From NCBI GenBank assembly GCA_047495785.1, contig JBLDXI010000046.1, positions 1,302,001-1,366,000 of the forward strand: a stretch of 64,000 bases of DNA, given 5' to 3'. This DNA comes from Lepidodermella squamata (lineage: Eukaryota > Animalia > Gastrotricha). Under the pieces are notes generated by a model. It was not told the origin of the DNA. It ran no database searches and saw only the letters and a list, made by a program, of their open reading frames with translations. The position numbers were made by a program, and so were the translations under genes. Positions 36,817 to 49,387 of this stretch are shown one piece after another; position 1 is the first letter of the stretch, and each line of letters opens with the position of its first letter.

Positions 36817-39049
36817 CTATTCGGAACAGGCGTTGACGTGCCGATGGTCGTTGAGTGCAAGATCGGCGGGCGGGAACGAGGCGCGAACAATGCGGCCGTT
36901 CAACGCGCACGGTAAACGGATATTATCGTCGACGCGTTCGAAGTTTGGCGTGCGGCGCATTTCACGCAACTATAATAAAATCATCAAAATTATTTGAAAA
37001 AATGATTCTTAATTTTTTTACCTCTGCTAATTGCGCGGCTGTGAAGGTTACCGGGTCGGCTGTTAACAGCCAAGTGACACACTCGTGAAGCGGTGGCGCC
37101 GTCAGCGAGCCGTCGTACGTGAAATAGCGGTCGAGTTTCTCGTGGTACATGTCTTGAGGCCGGCTGGCACTCGCCGGCATGGCAAGGTCGTACGTGCGAT
37201 AGCGAATCAGTTTGATCTGATCGATTGCGGTTTGGAACGTGGCCGCTGCTTTGCCGGGTTCGCCGATTTGCACGAAAAACCCAAGTACGGCCAAGCCATC
37301 AGGGTGGTTAATACTTTCCAGGAATGTGCCGTACTTCGCTTTATTGAAGTGGACAAAGTGAATCTAAAAAATGGAAAAATTAATTTTAAGATTGAAATTA
37401 AAATTTCAAAATAATTTTTTTTTATAATTTTGAAACTTTTAAAGAATCTTCAATTCTCAAATTAAAATTGAAATTTCAAATTTTATTAACATTTCGAATC
37501 TAAAAAATTTCATGACATTTCGAAAATTCATAAAATCGATTTTTTTTACCTCTGCTGGGTAAATTTTGTTATTCACGACGTGTTCGCAGCCGTGGCTAGC
37601 ATCATCCGCACCCCAATGTAGATGGTACTGAACGAGTTGATAGGAACCAGTCAAAGGTCCTCCACTGATTGCTGAGAAAAAAAATCGAAATTGTTTCAAA
37701 AATTACTGAAATTATTGCTAAAATTACTCGCTGGGCAGTTAGGGTCGAAATTGACCTGGAAGGCGTGGCCGTTGTTGAAAATAGTCGTGACTTTACACTT
37801 GTCGTAGTCGATTTTCAACGGTCCCAACGAAGCGTCGTGTTGCACATTCGGCGCCAGCGTGTCGATGGCAATAGGCGACTGGCGTTTGCCGTTGCCGCTC
37901 GGGAACGACTTGCACCAACTGTGTGGACCTATAGCGATTAGCACTTTCGGGAAACAATGAACATAAACGAAAAATTGCAACCATTATCACAGCCGTAGCC
38001 CCACGCCGGCGGGTCTTTCTTCAAGTTTGAACACTGGGCTCGAATTGCGGCTTCTTCGTCACGGGCCTTCTTCAATTCGGCGTCGACATCGGCCGCGGCT
38101 AGCCACGGGTCGGCGACTACTTCGCTGATTGTCACGCTCGAACGGTTTGCCAAAAGACGTTGAGTAAGTGCTGCGAAACCATTAGAGTAATTGCTAAACG
38201 AAGCATCGCTATTTGGCCTAAATTAATCATGGAATAATTGATATTTTCAACAAAAATTCAGAACATACCATTTCGATGATTCATCGTCAATATTTTCATA
38301 GGTAACACCGTTCTAGAAAAAAATGAAATTATTTTGCTGACTCGAAATTCATTTTAATCGAACCGGTAGATGCTGAGCTGCTAAATGGAATAAAAGAGCT
38401 CCGAGGGAAAAAATGTCATCCGAGGCACTTCGGGGTCTAAAATCGGAAATTAAAGTTTTTTATTTTTCCAGGTTAATTTTTCATACCGATTGGCTTGATT
38501 TTGCAAGACGCCGACTTTGATGATGCGGCGCGAGAGCGACAGGAAAACAGTCTAAAAAAATCAATAAAAATTCTAGAAAAATTCGAGAAAATAATTTTAC
38601 CTTGGCATTAAGATTCCCGTGAATAATCTCGTTATCGTGAAGGTATTTAATAGCTCGGGCAGTTTGGGCGATCCAGCTTCGAATCGTGTCTTCGGCAAAA
38701 GGTTTCGCCACTGATTTCTGCTTCGAAATCGCATGATGCAAGCTGCCGCCGTCGTGAAAATCCAGAACGGCAAACGCCTTAGTAACATCGCTGCTATCAT
38801 CCAAAATTCCAACGACTCGGACCACATTTTCATGGTTCAAATTCAAGAGTTTTTGCTTGGATTTTCCGGCCTGGAATTATAATATAAAAAAATAGGAGAA
38901 ATTTTAAATTTTTCCTATAATTTTACCTCATCAGCCGAAATTTGTTTAATGGCAAAAAGCTCGCCGTCGGTCTTCCTGCGAACGATCATAGTTCGATTGT
39001 GGTGTGGCCCATCGATATCACGCACGACAGCATAATCTCCGAATGACAT
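36817..39049 (-). CDS. NEK-like pseudokinase / alpha-carbonic anhydrase fusion, 10 exons, 542 aa
   Basis: Exons 39049-38927, 38870-38601, 38551-38487, 38436-38364, 38312-38269, 38217-37982, 37928-37728, 37671-37550, 37363-37022 and 36969-36817 total 1629 nt, all GT-AG and phase-compatible. Kinase motifs: FAIKQ, HENVV, YLH..IIHGNL, DIFSLG, DPWL. CA motifs: WGY, QSPI, NNGH, QYHLHWG, CEH, EIHFVH, GSLT. Confidence 0.85.
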
Positions 39050-42000
39050 AGTTATTTATTAAAATTCACAAACAATCCTAGATTAAAAATAGCGTTGAAT
39101 TGCGTGATGATTTTGCTCGTTAAAAAAATCCAACTCTGATGATGCGATCATGTCCTAAAAATTCGGTTCGTGACGACGAAAGGAGAGTAGACGACGACGG
39201 CTATACACTCGACGAACATCGATTTTGCGCGTGCCCGGGTAAAAAAAACGCGCATAAATCGATTGAGAGAGAAAAAACCCTCTCGCGGCTATCGAGTGGA
39301 AAAAACAGAACCACGCATGCATACGACTGACGAGATTGCAGTGGAAATAACGGCGGATTCAATTTGTCTAAAAAATGTGAAATATGAGCCGTTAGTTTGC
39401 CTTTCACAGCCAGGCAGGGTGGCTACGAGACGCGGGCTGCTGTAGAATATAATCTCGCGATAAAAAGCTAGTTGAGCTCTGAGATTTTACGACCAGACGT
39501 TTTTTAGTTACTTATCTTATATCCTTATAATATAAGGAAATAAGCCTGTCATAAACGCAAAAAAGCGGCGTTCTTGGGTGCTGGTGTGAGTGAGAAGTTG
39601 GAAGAATAATGAAAAAAACTTCTTCGACCTCAGCCTTTATACTACAGTGGCAGTGAAAAAAACGCGCATGGTGTAGAAATATAGCCTCGAGGCCATTGGC
39701 AACACGAATCATCTCAGCTAATACGTCAGTAGCTGGTGTTTGTCATTAACTTTGAGGCCGTGTCGAGTGTTCCCGGTGGTTTTTCTGATGATATAACTTG
39801 TAGATATTGTGATAAGATTGCGATGATAATGGTGATGATTAAACAACTTGTAAAAAGCATGAGTCAACTAGCCACATCATTAACGCAGGTGGAGTTTTTT
39901 TTACCCGCCCTTGAATAGGTATATATCATAGCTAAAATAGCAATGTTAAACATATTAGCGGTAGGTTATTATTCCGTGAATGATCATGTGACTGACGTAA
40001 ATGCCGTCTGGCTATGTTTGTTGTTAAACATTCTCGCTTACCACAAGAATTCTAGAAAATACTCTTTTGTGTAGTAGTACTTAACTGCATAATATGCTAA
40101 GCATCATGAGTGTAGAGGATGAACGCATAAATAATCTATTTGCCGTTCTATTTGCAGCGACGCGTGTTTATTTTTTGTGGTTTATTCATAGGCCCATGTT
40201 TTTCTTTTACTAACTTTTAACCTCAAAAGCGAGACATGATTTAATTGCATTATTAAAAATAAATGAAGGTGAAGAAAAGCCTCGGAGAAAAGGAATATTT
40301 TAACAAAACAAATCGGTGTAATTTGTTGAGGCTACCAATAAAGGGGTATGATTGAGATTCTGATCTGCAAATCAAGCTGAGTTCTATTTACGGCTGTTTC
40401 GCTTCTTTTTGAGGCTATTATCAACTGGAGACTGAACACTTCAAAATGCAAAGTTGATAAAACAGAAACGAGATATCACGTGAATTTCTAACATTTCTCA
40501 AGTCTTCGCCCTGACGATTATTAGTTTCAACAATCCTTAGAATTAGAGGCAGCCAAGAATTCACCAGCGGAGAATTATTTTCGCGACACGAAAATAAATC
40601 TGGCAATCAATTGCGGCTCTCTTTACATAGCTTATGGATTGTAGCGTTCAATTCAATTTGGCAGAAAGCACGGCGTGGACGATCTATCAGACCGATGTGC
40701 AGCTGATTTGAACCATGGGAGTGTGGAGATGGGAAAAATGGCGTCTCGCTCACTTTCTGAGCTCCTGCTTTCGTACTCCTTGCAACTGATTGAACATTGA
40801 TATCTTACAGTGAGCAAGCTAGTCAGAGAGGATTAAAACCTAGTCAATGTCACACGCCATACATTTTCCAACGACTCGGTAACGCGTCAGACTTGAAAGA
40901 ATTTAATAAGACTCCTCATCATGGTGCGATAATCCTCAGTATTTCATAAATATCTGGCAAAATCTGAGAAAGAAGATGCGGTTCTAAAATGCAAAATCTG
41001 ATCATTTTACCCGAAATCGCCTTATTTATGGCAAATCCGTGGCCAAATCAACCACCGTTTTCATAAAAATCGATCAGAATTTTCAGTTTTCAGATTAATG
41101 CAAAGAATTACACTCATAAAATATATCAAAATTGTCATTTATATTTTGAGTTTAATTTTTGTTACTGATTTTGGAATAATATGTATTTAACCTTGACATT
41201 ATTTTCAAATTTTGTTTGCGCGGCAAATGAGGTTTGCCAGTGCGTGCAGGCTGGCCTATTCGGTGTGTGTACGGAAATACTTTTGCCACCACTTGTTGAT
41301 TCCCAGAAATATGTAAATGCTGTAAATGCTAACAGATCGCGTATATCATCAAGCAGATCGTCTTCTCTTCCCTTCTAGTAGTTCTCCTATATTTGTTGCG
41401 AAGCTAAGGCTAACCAATCTCTCGTAAGCTTTTTTTTAAATCAAGTCGTCACTTGGTCTTTGTTTTATCGCGTTGTTTGTTGTGGCCCCATGGCCCTCTT
41501 ACCACTTACTTTCTCTGTTCTTGAAAGTGTTCGTTTCATTCCGCAATTTTGTACGTAATTCATCTCTGTGATCCACGCAGTCTATTGTCGATTGGGTACT
41601 GCAATATTGTCAGTTCTATTAGCTTCCATTCGAAGAGTTGTAAAAATCGCGACTGCTTTTTCACACAAAAATTATTAAGAAAAATGACTGAGAACCGTCC
41701 CTTTCATTTTGTTCTCATTGCCAGCAGAATATTGTAGTTGTAGTTGTGTGTGATGAACATCGGCATTCGGCATTCGGTAGTCAAATGAATCACTGCATGA
41801 TCTTTTGGTTTCTTGAGGATGTATTAAACAACTGTTATTGACAACTGCTCCAAATGCGAATTGTTCGCATTAAAAGTTCTCCTGTACTGGTGTTATCTCC
41901 CCTAACTAATATCTAATATTCCGTGATGTTGTCTATTTTTCAGTTTTATTAAACATGAAACGCGTGAATAGCCTGGCTACTGGCTACTCATTCAGCTGCA

Positions 42001-42978
42001 TATTATTTCATACCCGTTTTGCAAGGGGCTCCATAAGGAGAATTGATTCTTTTCTCCTCCTAAAGATATGCTAACAGTAATAAAATGTTTCAAATTAAAT
42101 TCCTCTACTCTGCATTATGCGAGATCTAATTCATGTAGTATCCTAGTTATGTTCACTCGAACTTGCCTCTTGAAAAACTCGCTCGTTTAATGTGTAGCCA
42201 GTAGTCTGTTGAGGGTTTACATGGCTATTAGATCTTTGCAAAGTCTCGTTTTCCTCCATTCTCTATAAGCGAAATACAACCATCTGCTTTACCATCACTA
42301 AAATCGAAGGATGAAAAAGCTCAGATTAGGCCTAAACCTTTGTTTTCGTGGTCGAATTTCGGGTGGCATGATTACTTTTTATGAGCAATCAGTTTTATCT
42401 GCATAGATGATTTTACTGGCTGTCATTTGAAATTTATGACGGTACATTCCAACCATCATTCCTGGGTGCTGAATTTGTTCAATAATTAGATTAGATAACA
42501 AATTTTGATGATATCTTTAGCTTGCCACGTATCAAGTTTGATAAGGAATATTCCTCAGGGCCATTTTCGCTTCATAATTCCAGGGCCTTCGATTTCTTCA
42601 GTTTTCTCTTCCGTTCTAATGCCGTAATTTCAGCAAGATGTATCGCCTTTAGATGATCCCAATTGATCTCGCTAGCTTTTTTCGCCGCCGCAGCGTAGTT
42701 TTGCATTCTACTAACGCGCTAATCTGCCGTAAAAACTTTTATCAGATCGATTTTTCCGGCACTAATTTACACAAGCATTTGTCACTGCATTGACACTAAA
42801 TGATGCATAGATCACTCCCTGAGCGCACGCAGCGCCGGAATGATCGATCACAGACACTACAATGAGCTCTGGAACTGTAGCAACATTTGATTGTCGCTCT
42901 TTTTCCGCTTCGTCACTTCCTAACAGACGACATTTGTTTGTTTTTCTTCATAGGTCTTAGCATTTTAAAGCGAATTCC

Positions 42979-45900
42979 ATGGTGCTACGACCACTTGAGT
43001 TTGTGGACTGCTTGCTGGATAGTCCTTACTTCCGCGAGAATCTTCACAACCACGAATTGGAAGTCGAGGACACCAGTAAAGCTATTAAATTGATTGTTCA
43101 ACAATGTAAATCGCTGATTGATCGAACGCGAGGTGAGTTATATTTTTTCTTCAGTCTAACACTGGCTCTGCCGTAATTTCGTTGCTTTTTATGGGGCTGT
43201 GATAACTAAATAATAGCGCGGCTCATCAGCCGACGTTTGTTTGATTGATGATCGTGAAAGCGAATAATATCGACGATCGCTTATAATATCGTGTATCTAT
43301 TAGCATGCTCACTGCGCATTATAAGCGCTTTATTCCGGCTGCGTAAGTTTACTCACGTCCAAAACCAACGTGCATCTTCTGACACGTTTATTGTTTTTTA
43401 CTCATGAGCGCTTCTGATTGCCACATCAGCGTTGGGCTGCTTTCTAGCCTTCGCTGCTGAAACAAGCGAAAATGTGTCTCAGCTGTTCGTTTTTTCTCAC
43501 CGCACAGCCGCGGTGTTGGTTGTACGCCGAAAAAAGTACTTGCCTAATTAGGCGTCCGTTGGCTGTGAAACCGTTTCGTTTCGGTTCGCAGCAGTGGGCA
43601 CTGTGCGCGCGCGAGAAAAAAACCCGCGCGCTGTCACTTTTTTGCAGCGCTGATTTATACATCAATATACCTGAGCTATTTCTTTGTGTTGAAACAAGAT
43701 TACATCATGATAATAGCCGTCAAATTGAAAGAAACACGAGATTTAATGCAAATATAACCAATTTGGACGATCTAGATTTCTGTAATTTCAGATCTATCGA
43801 AAGCCCACCGTCTGTTCGCCACGTCGCTGTCGAATTTCCAGACGCATTTCTCAGTGTTAGGCAGCGATCAAACGGACGATGAGGCGGATTTAGAGTGTTC
43901 TCTAAAGGAAATCAGCTCGTTGTTGATTCAAATCGAGGACGAGCGCGAGCAAATGTTGAGCCAGCTCGAAGAATCATTCGTCAAGCCGATGGAGCGTTTT
44001 CGTAAAACAGAAATCGGAAACGCTAAGGAAGAGAAGAAAAAATTTGACAAGCAAACGGCGAAATATTGCGCATCTCTCGAGCGATATTTGGGTGCTAAGG
44101 CTAAAAGTTTAGGAGACGATAAAATGCTTGAAGAGGTAAGAATTGATTTTGTCTGAAAAAATTCTGAAAATATTGGATTTGCGGTAAATGCCAGACGACA
44201 GATGCGCAGTTGAGACAAGATTACGCTGCTTTTGTAATGTCATCGATGAATTACGTAAAAATCGTGCAAGAAGTCCAGGAGCGGAAAAAATTCATCGTTT
44301 CAGATTGTGTTCGTTTAAAAAAGCGCATGTCTCAGCATTTGCCGTTGAAATTTTACAGCATCCAGCCTATATTAGTTACTATCGAAAAATAATATAAATA
44401 TATTGAATGATTATTAATAACCCGATTAATTTAATTTCTGTTTTTTTCTGTCTTTTCTGTGTTTTTCCGGACTAACAAACAGCTGCAGGTTGAGTACACT
44501 AGTTACCGCGAATGTGCCATGTCATATACTCAAAAAGTGCAACTAGTTCAGCTTAGCAAACGCGTCGAAATTTTGGAAGCGGTTAGTATGCAGCCTTTCT
44601 ATTATTTACATTGTTTATTTTCTTCATTAAAAGCATGCCGATTTTTCAACAATAAATGTGAAAATAATTCTATTTTTTATGTAAATTTCAGCTACTTCGA
44701 TTCATGAATCAGCAAATGGTCTTCTATCACCTTGGTTATGAAATTTTTGAAAATTTCAAACCTTACACCACATCGCTTCAGTCGAAAATTCAAAAATTGC
44801 GAGCAGCGTTTGAATCCACGACAACAGAAGCCGAAAATCTGAAGCGAAAAATGCTTCTGGTATAGCTAAAAATTCCGAAAAATTATCGATAAAGTTGAAT
44901 TTTTCAGAATCCAAAAGAGTACATGAGAACTTCTCAGTACAAAGGCTCGACGCTAACCGGTTATTTGTTGGTGATGAAAAAGCAGAGTTTGTTCAATTTT
45001 TGGAAATTTTAAGGCGGAATTTTTTATTTTTTTTTTCGTTTTATTTTTTAGAAGCCGCTGTGTTGAATGCGGTGTGGTCGAAGCATTTTTGCGAATATTC
45101 CAAAGACAACCGGGTGTTTAAAATGGTTCAGTACAGCCAGTCGAACGGGTTGCCGAAAATGTTGCAAAACATGGAGCCATTTATTATGAAGAGCTGCATT
45201 CGAATCGGCGCGGAACTTTACGACCGCCGATTTTGTTTCACGGTCGCGCTTGAAGATTCACAGCAGAAGCAAACGCAACTCGTGCTTCAAGCGCCTGACG
45301 ATAACGAACTGCGTCTATGGCTCGATGCTATGGAGGGCAAAGAACCGATTGAACAAGCGATTTCTGTGATGGCTGCTTCGCAAGGAACTTGTAAGAAATC
45401 TTAAAATTTCAGAATTTCCGCAAACTTTTTTATACTTAATTTAGACCGCATTTCCAAAGAGGGACATCGTTTCATCCAGCAGTGTATAAACGCTGTCGAA
45501 AGTCGAGGACTAACCGAAGCAGGTCTTTATCGAGTTGTTGGTTTGACTTCAAAAGTTGACAAACTGCTATCAATTGGCATCGGTTTGTTTCGATCCAGCT
45601 TAAAATTAATTGTAATTGAATTTTTTAATATAGAAAAAGACATCAGCGTTGAATTGATGGATCCTGAAACTGATCTGAAAGTGATAACCAGCGCTATAAA
45701 GCAATATTTCCGGCGGTTAAACGAGCCTCTAATGACATTTGAGCTTCATTCTGGTCTCATTCAAGCAGCAAGTAGGAATTTTCATTAACAAATTTATTTT
45801 CACTTAATATTTTTCTAATTTTTTCAGAGCAAGATTCGCCCCAAAAACGAGCATCAGCCGTTCACGTTTTAGTTCACCGCCTTCCTGAGCCGAATTTCGT

Positions 45901-48900
45901 GATGCTTAAACTCCTGATGCAACATTTATACAAGTTTGTCATCGAAATTGTATTCAATTTTCTTGAATTTTGAGTTCTTAATTTTTTTGCAGAGTTGCGT
46001 GTCACAGTTCTCAGAATTTGATGACTGTGTCGAATTTAGGCGTTTGCTTCGGGCCGACGTTGATGCGCCAGCGTGAAGAAACCATGGCCGCCATTATGGA
46101 TATCAAATTTTGCAATGTTGTCGTCGAGATTTTGATCGATAATTATCATCAGATTTTCGAAACGGCGCCGTCTAGTGCCAGCATCGACCAGATGCGCATC
46201 AGCTCACCTGTCAACAAGCCAGCTGCTGATGAAGTACTAGCAGTGACCGCAGCCGGGGCAGGTAAGAAAAATGGTTGAGGATTTTCTGGTGGAAAAATAA
46301 TCGCAATTTTTCTTTGATGATTTGATTAAAGCTCCCTATTCTAGTCCGATGAATGCTTTTCAGGCCTATTTTAAGGTGGCTTATCGTGGCTTTGTGATGT
46401 TTTGCGCTGTTTTGAGCTGCGAAATTGTTTTCATGTTGTAAATGTGTGACATAAAAGTCATTTCACCTTGCTTCACAGGGTTTTGGTAAAAATTGATAAA
46501 TTATTTTTGAAAAATTGGGAATAGTTTCTGCAAAACCGATATTGAGTTCCGGATTCGATTTTACAAATCTCGGATTTTTCGATATTTAAAATCTTGGTAG
46601 CCAACATTGAAATTTTTTTCACTTGCCTGGGAATACCAGGTAGTCCATTTTAGCGGTCAGTTAAGGAGTTCTACTTTTGTCTGCAGAGCCGATATCGATT
46701 CCAAGTATCGATTTTACAAATCAGTGATTTTTCCGGTATCAATAGTCTTGGAACTCGACATTTATAATTTTGCTACATAGCTTGGGCACCATGTAGCTAA
46801 AATAAAAAATCCTAGGTCCAGGTAGGACATCGGTATCGATCAACAAACAAAAAAGACGGAATCGCAAAGAATTGGAAAAATGAAACATTTAATACTGTAT
46901 CCTCGATTTTAGCCGTGCCAAGATTTTTGTCTTTTGTCGTATTTTTGCTATACCTATTTCGTGGCTTTAATTGTATTCAGTGTTAATTGGATTGAAAATT
47001 GGCGTAATTGTCTAACATTTTGTGTTTTTCTTTAGCTGCCCTGGCGAACCGACAACCGGTAGCGATGGCACCGTCTCGCACCTCGAGTACACCCGCGCAC
47101 GTGACCAGCCGGTTTTTCCCCGCCTCGCCGCCCTCATACCGCGAAGTGCCCATCGAATGCGACGGCCTGGCGCAGCACCACCTCGAATCTTCCTCCCCGC
47201 CAACAACAGCAACCGGCGGACGATTAGCATCAGCCACTTCGACTCCAACCTCGAGCACAGCCCGGCTACTATTCGCCGGCGCGGCTGACGTGAAACCTCT
47301 ATCGCCAACGTCTCCATCGTCGAAAAATTTGAGAGAAAGCGCTGATATCCTGCCTTTCATCGGCATGGCTCTGCTGAGACCCCCAGCTGAAACGACCGTG
47401 ACTAGTACCAGTAGTAGTACGTCGACTACTACTACTGCTACGGCCGAAATCCGGCAAACCTCGGCGTCATTCTCCGGCGGCGTAGTAGTCGGGTCGGTGG
47501 TTTCTAACGCATCGTCGCCTGAGGCGCAACGGCGGCGCAATTCCAACTCGATGAGCGTAGCGTCGGTGGATTCGGCGAATTCGTCGCCGTTTGCGCTGCG
47601 GCGGCAGGCGGGTCATGTTGCGCGCATGGGCCGGCGCGTTGTCGTGCCGGGGCCGGGCGGGCGGCGGGCGCGGGCGCTCTACGACTGCGTGGGTGACACC
47701 GAGGGCGAGCTGTCGTTCAACACTGGCGACGTCATTGAAAACAGTAAGCCATGAAATCATTTTTTTTACGATTCGGCAAATTTGGGTCCAAATTTTGTTA
47801 GAACCTGGGAATTTCGGTACAAAACCGGGTAAAATATCGAAATTTATCGATGTTAAATTATGGTTATGTTCATGGTTAAATTAGGAGGCCTTTGGGGAAA
47901 TCGAAAAGTTAATGGATAGTGCTTTTCCTAGGTTTTTTTTGTGAAAATGATAATAATTGCGAACATTCTTGAAATCTCGAAAATTGATTGCAAAAGAATT
48001 CAAATGGCGGATTCATTAATTTCTTATGGAAAATATCACGGCACATCTTTAAAGAGCAATATTTTATACATTGGAATTTTTCATATTTACTATTGAACTG
48101 TATGACAAAGCGCATGACAAGCGAAGACGAACGTCGACTAAATGTCAGTCAAATGAGATGGCTTAGGAATATTTGTGGTATTACAATTAGGGATAAGGTG
48201 AGAAATGACGTGATTAGGACGCGATGTGGAACTGAACAACTATCGACCAAATTAGCGAGACAGCAATTAAGGTGGTACGGCCATGTGGCTCGCATGGACC
48301 CCGGACGCCTAACACGCAAGGTTCGATACTGGGAGGTCCCTGAAGGATGGAAACGTCCTAAGGGAAGACCTAAATTAAGGTGGACAGACTGTGTTAGGAA
48401 AAATTTGGGACGGTTGGGTATAAAATCTATCGAGGAGGCGGACAGTCTAGCCCAAAATAGGAGAGAGTGGCGGGCTAAAATTCATAGTTTGGGTCATTTA
48501 ACTTCTTCGTCTCGGGACTTCGGGGATTTCTTTCTTGATTCTCTATTCAGATGATTTTGGGCTGATTAGGATCGGTCTCCGACTGGTCCTCCTCCGACAC
48601 GCGCCATGCTTGGCCCGTTACCACAGTAACGGACCCGGCATGGCGTGTACACCGGAGTGAATTTTATTCTTTAGCACACTCTTGTTGTTTTGTTTTGTTT
48701 TGTACCTCTTTTGTAACTGTGCTCAAAGAATAAAGAAAATGTAATGTAATGTAACTATTGAACTGGAATTTATTTTTAATTCCTACCCGGGCTAATGTCT
48801 TTTTTTCTCATACGACTGGCCGGAGACTTCGAAGAGCAAAACTCGAAAATATTTTTTTTGCCTCTTGAAATACTAAGGGGAATGATATTTGGGAAAATCT

Positions 48901-49387
48901 TACGCCGACCAAATTTCATTTAATTCAATACCTAACCATTTTATTCGTTTTTTAACTGGTTAGGGTTAGGCTAGGGTTAGGTTAGGGTTGAAGACTGGGT
49001 CTTCAAATTGGGGATTTGGAACTGTTTGGAATAATTTGGTACGGAATTCAATGATGTTTGGTACTGAATTCAATAATTTGGTAATGATTTCACTATATCC
49101 CATGATATTTTAGTTCCTCTTTCGCCCATTTTTGAAATAAGAAATGTCGTCAATATAATTTTTCAAAGCGAAACTATTTGGCGAATCCTTCCTAAATTTT
49201 TTCTGAAATCACCAGTTTTCCCTATATTTTTCCAATATTCCCAATAGCGGAAAATATCGAATTTATTTATAATATTTTTGAATATTTTCTGTTTTTAGTT
49301 CGAGAATCGGCGGAAGAAGGCTGGTTGGAAGGAACGCTGAATGGGCGAAGCGGTCTCGTGCCAGCTAATTTCGTTGTCTTTTTGTAG
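42979..49387 (+). CDS. Graf: GRAF/oligophrenin-family Rho GTPase-activating protein (BAR-PH-RhoGAP-SH3; ARHGAP26/10/42-like), multi-exon
   Basis: [42 protein letters not shown] motifs DRRFCF and [13 protein letters not shown] motifs GLYRVVG and [12 protein letters not shown]3 motifs ARALYDC..ELSF and [21 protein letters not shown]. Confidence 0.95.
46520..46910 (+). repeat. Copy (partly tandem) of the dispersed repeat, in a RhoGAP intron
   Basis: CTGCAGAGCCGATATCGATTCCAAGTATCGATTTTACAAATCAGTGATT at 46681 and a diverged copy at 46529. Confidence 0.65.
48101..48753 (+). mobile_element. 5'-truncated non-LTR retrotransposon (RTE-like LINE 3' end) in the last RhoGAP intron
   Basis: ORF2 C-terminal motifs [19 protein letters not shown] and [16 protein letters not shown] followed by an (ATGTA)n tail. 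Perfect 12-bp TSD ACTATTGAACTG at 48089-48100 and 48754-48765. Confidence 0.92.
48875..49100. repeat. Degenerate repeat with a (TTAGGG)n-like core and short ATTTGGTA tandem units
   Basis: ttagggttaggctagggttaggttagggttg at 48960-48990, followed by repeated tttggtac.gaattcaat. Confidence 0.5.

Noticed and set aside
38481-38846. Stand-alone active NEK kinase gene separate from the CA
   Set aside because: The catalytic Asp, DFG and Gly-loop are missing, and there is no stop codon between the kinase end and the CA start.
46983-47546. 187-aa minus-strand ORF, and similar antisense or alternate-frame ORFs over the 7TM, CA and FAAH genes
   Set aside because: These are shadows of GC-rich real exons and carry no independent motifs.
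47988-48100. N-terminal part of the 188-aa LINE ORF
   Set aside because: It lies outside the TSD and is fortuitous open intronic sequence.
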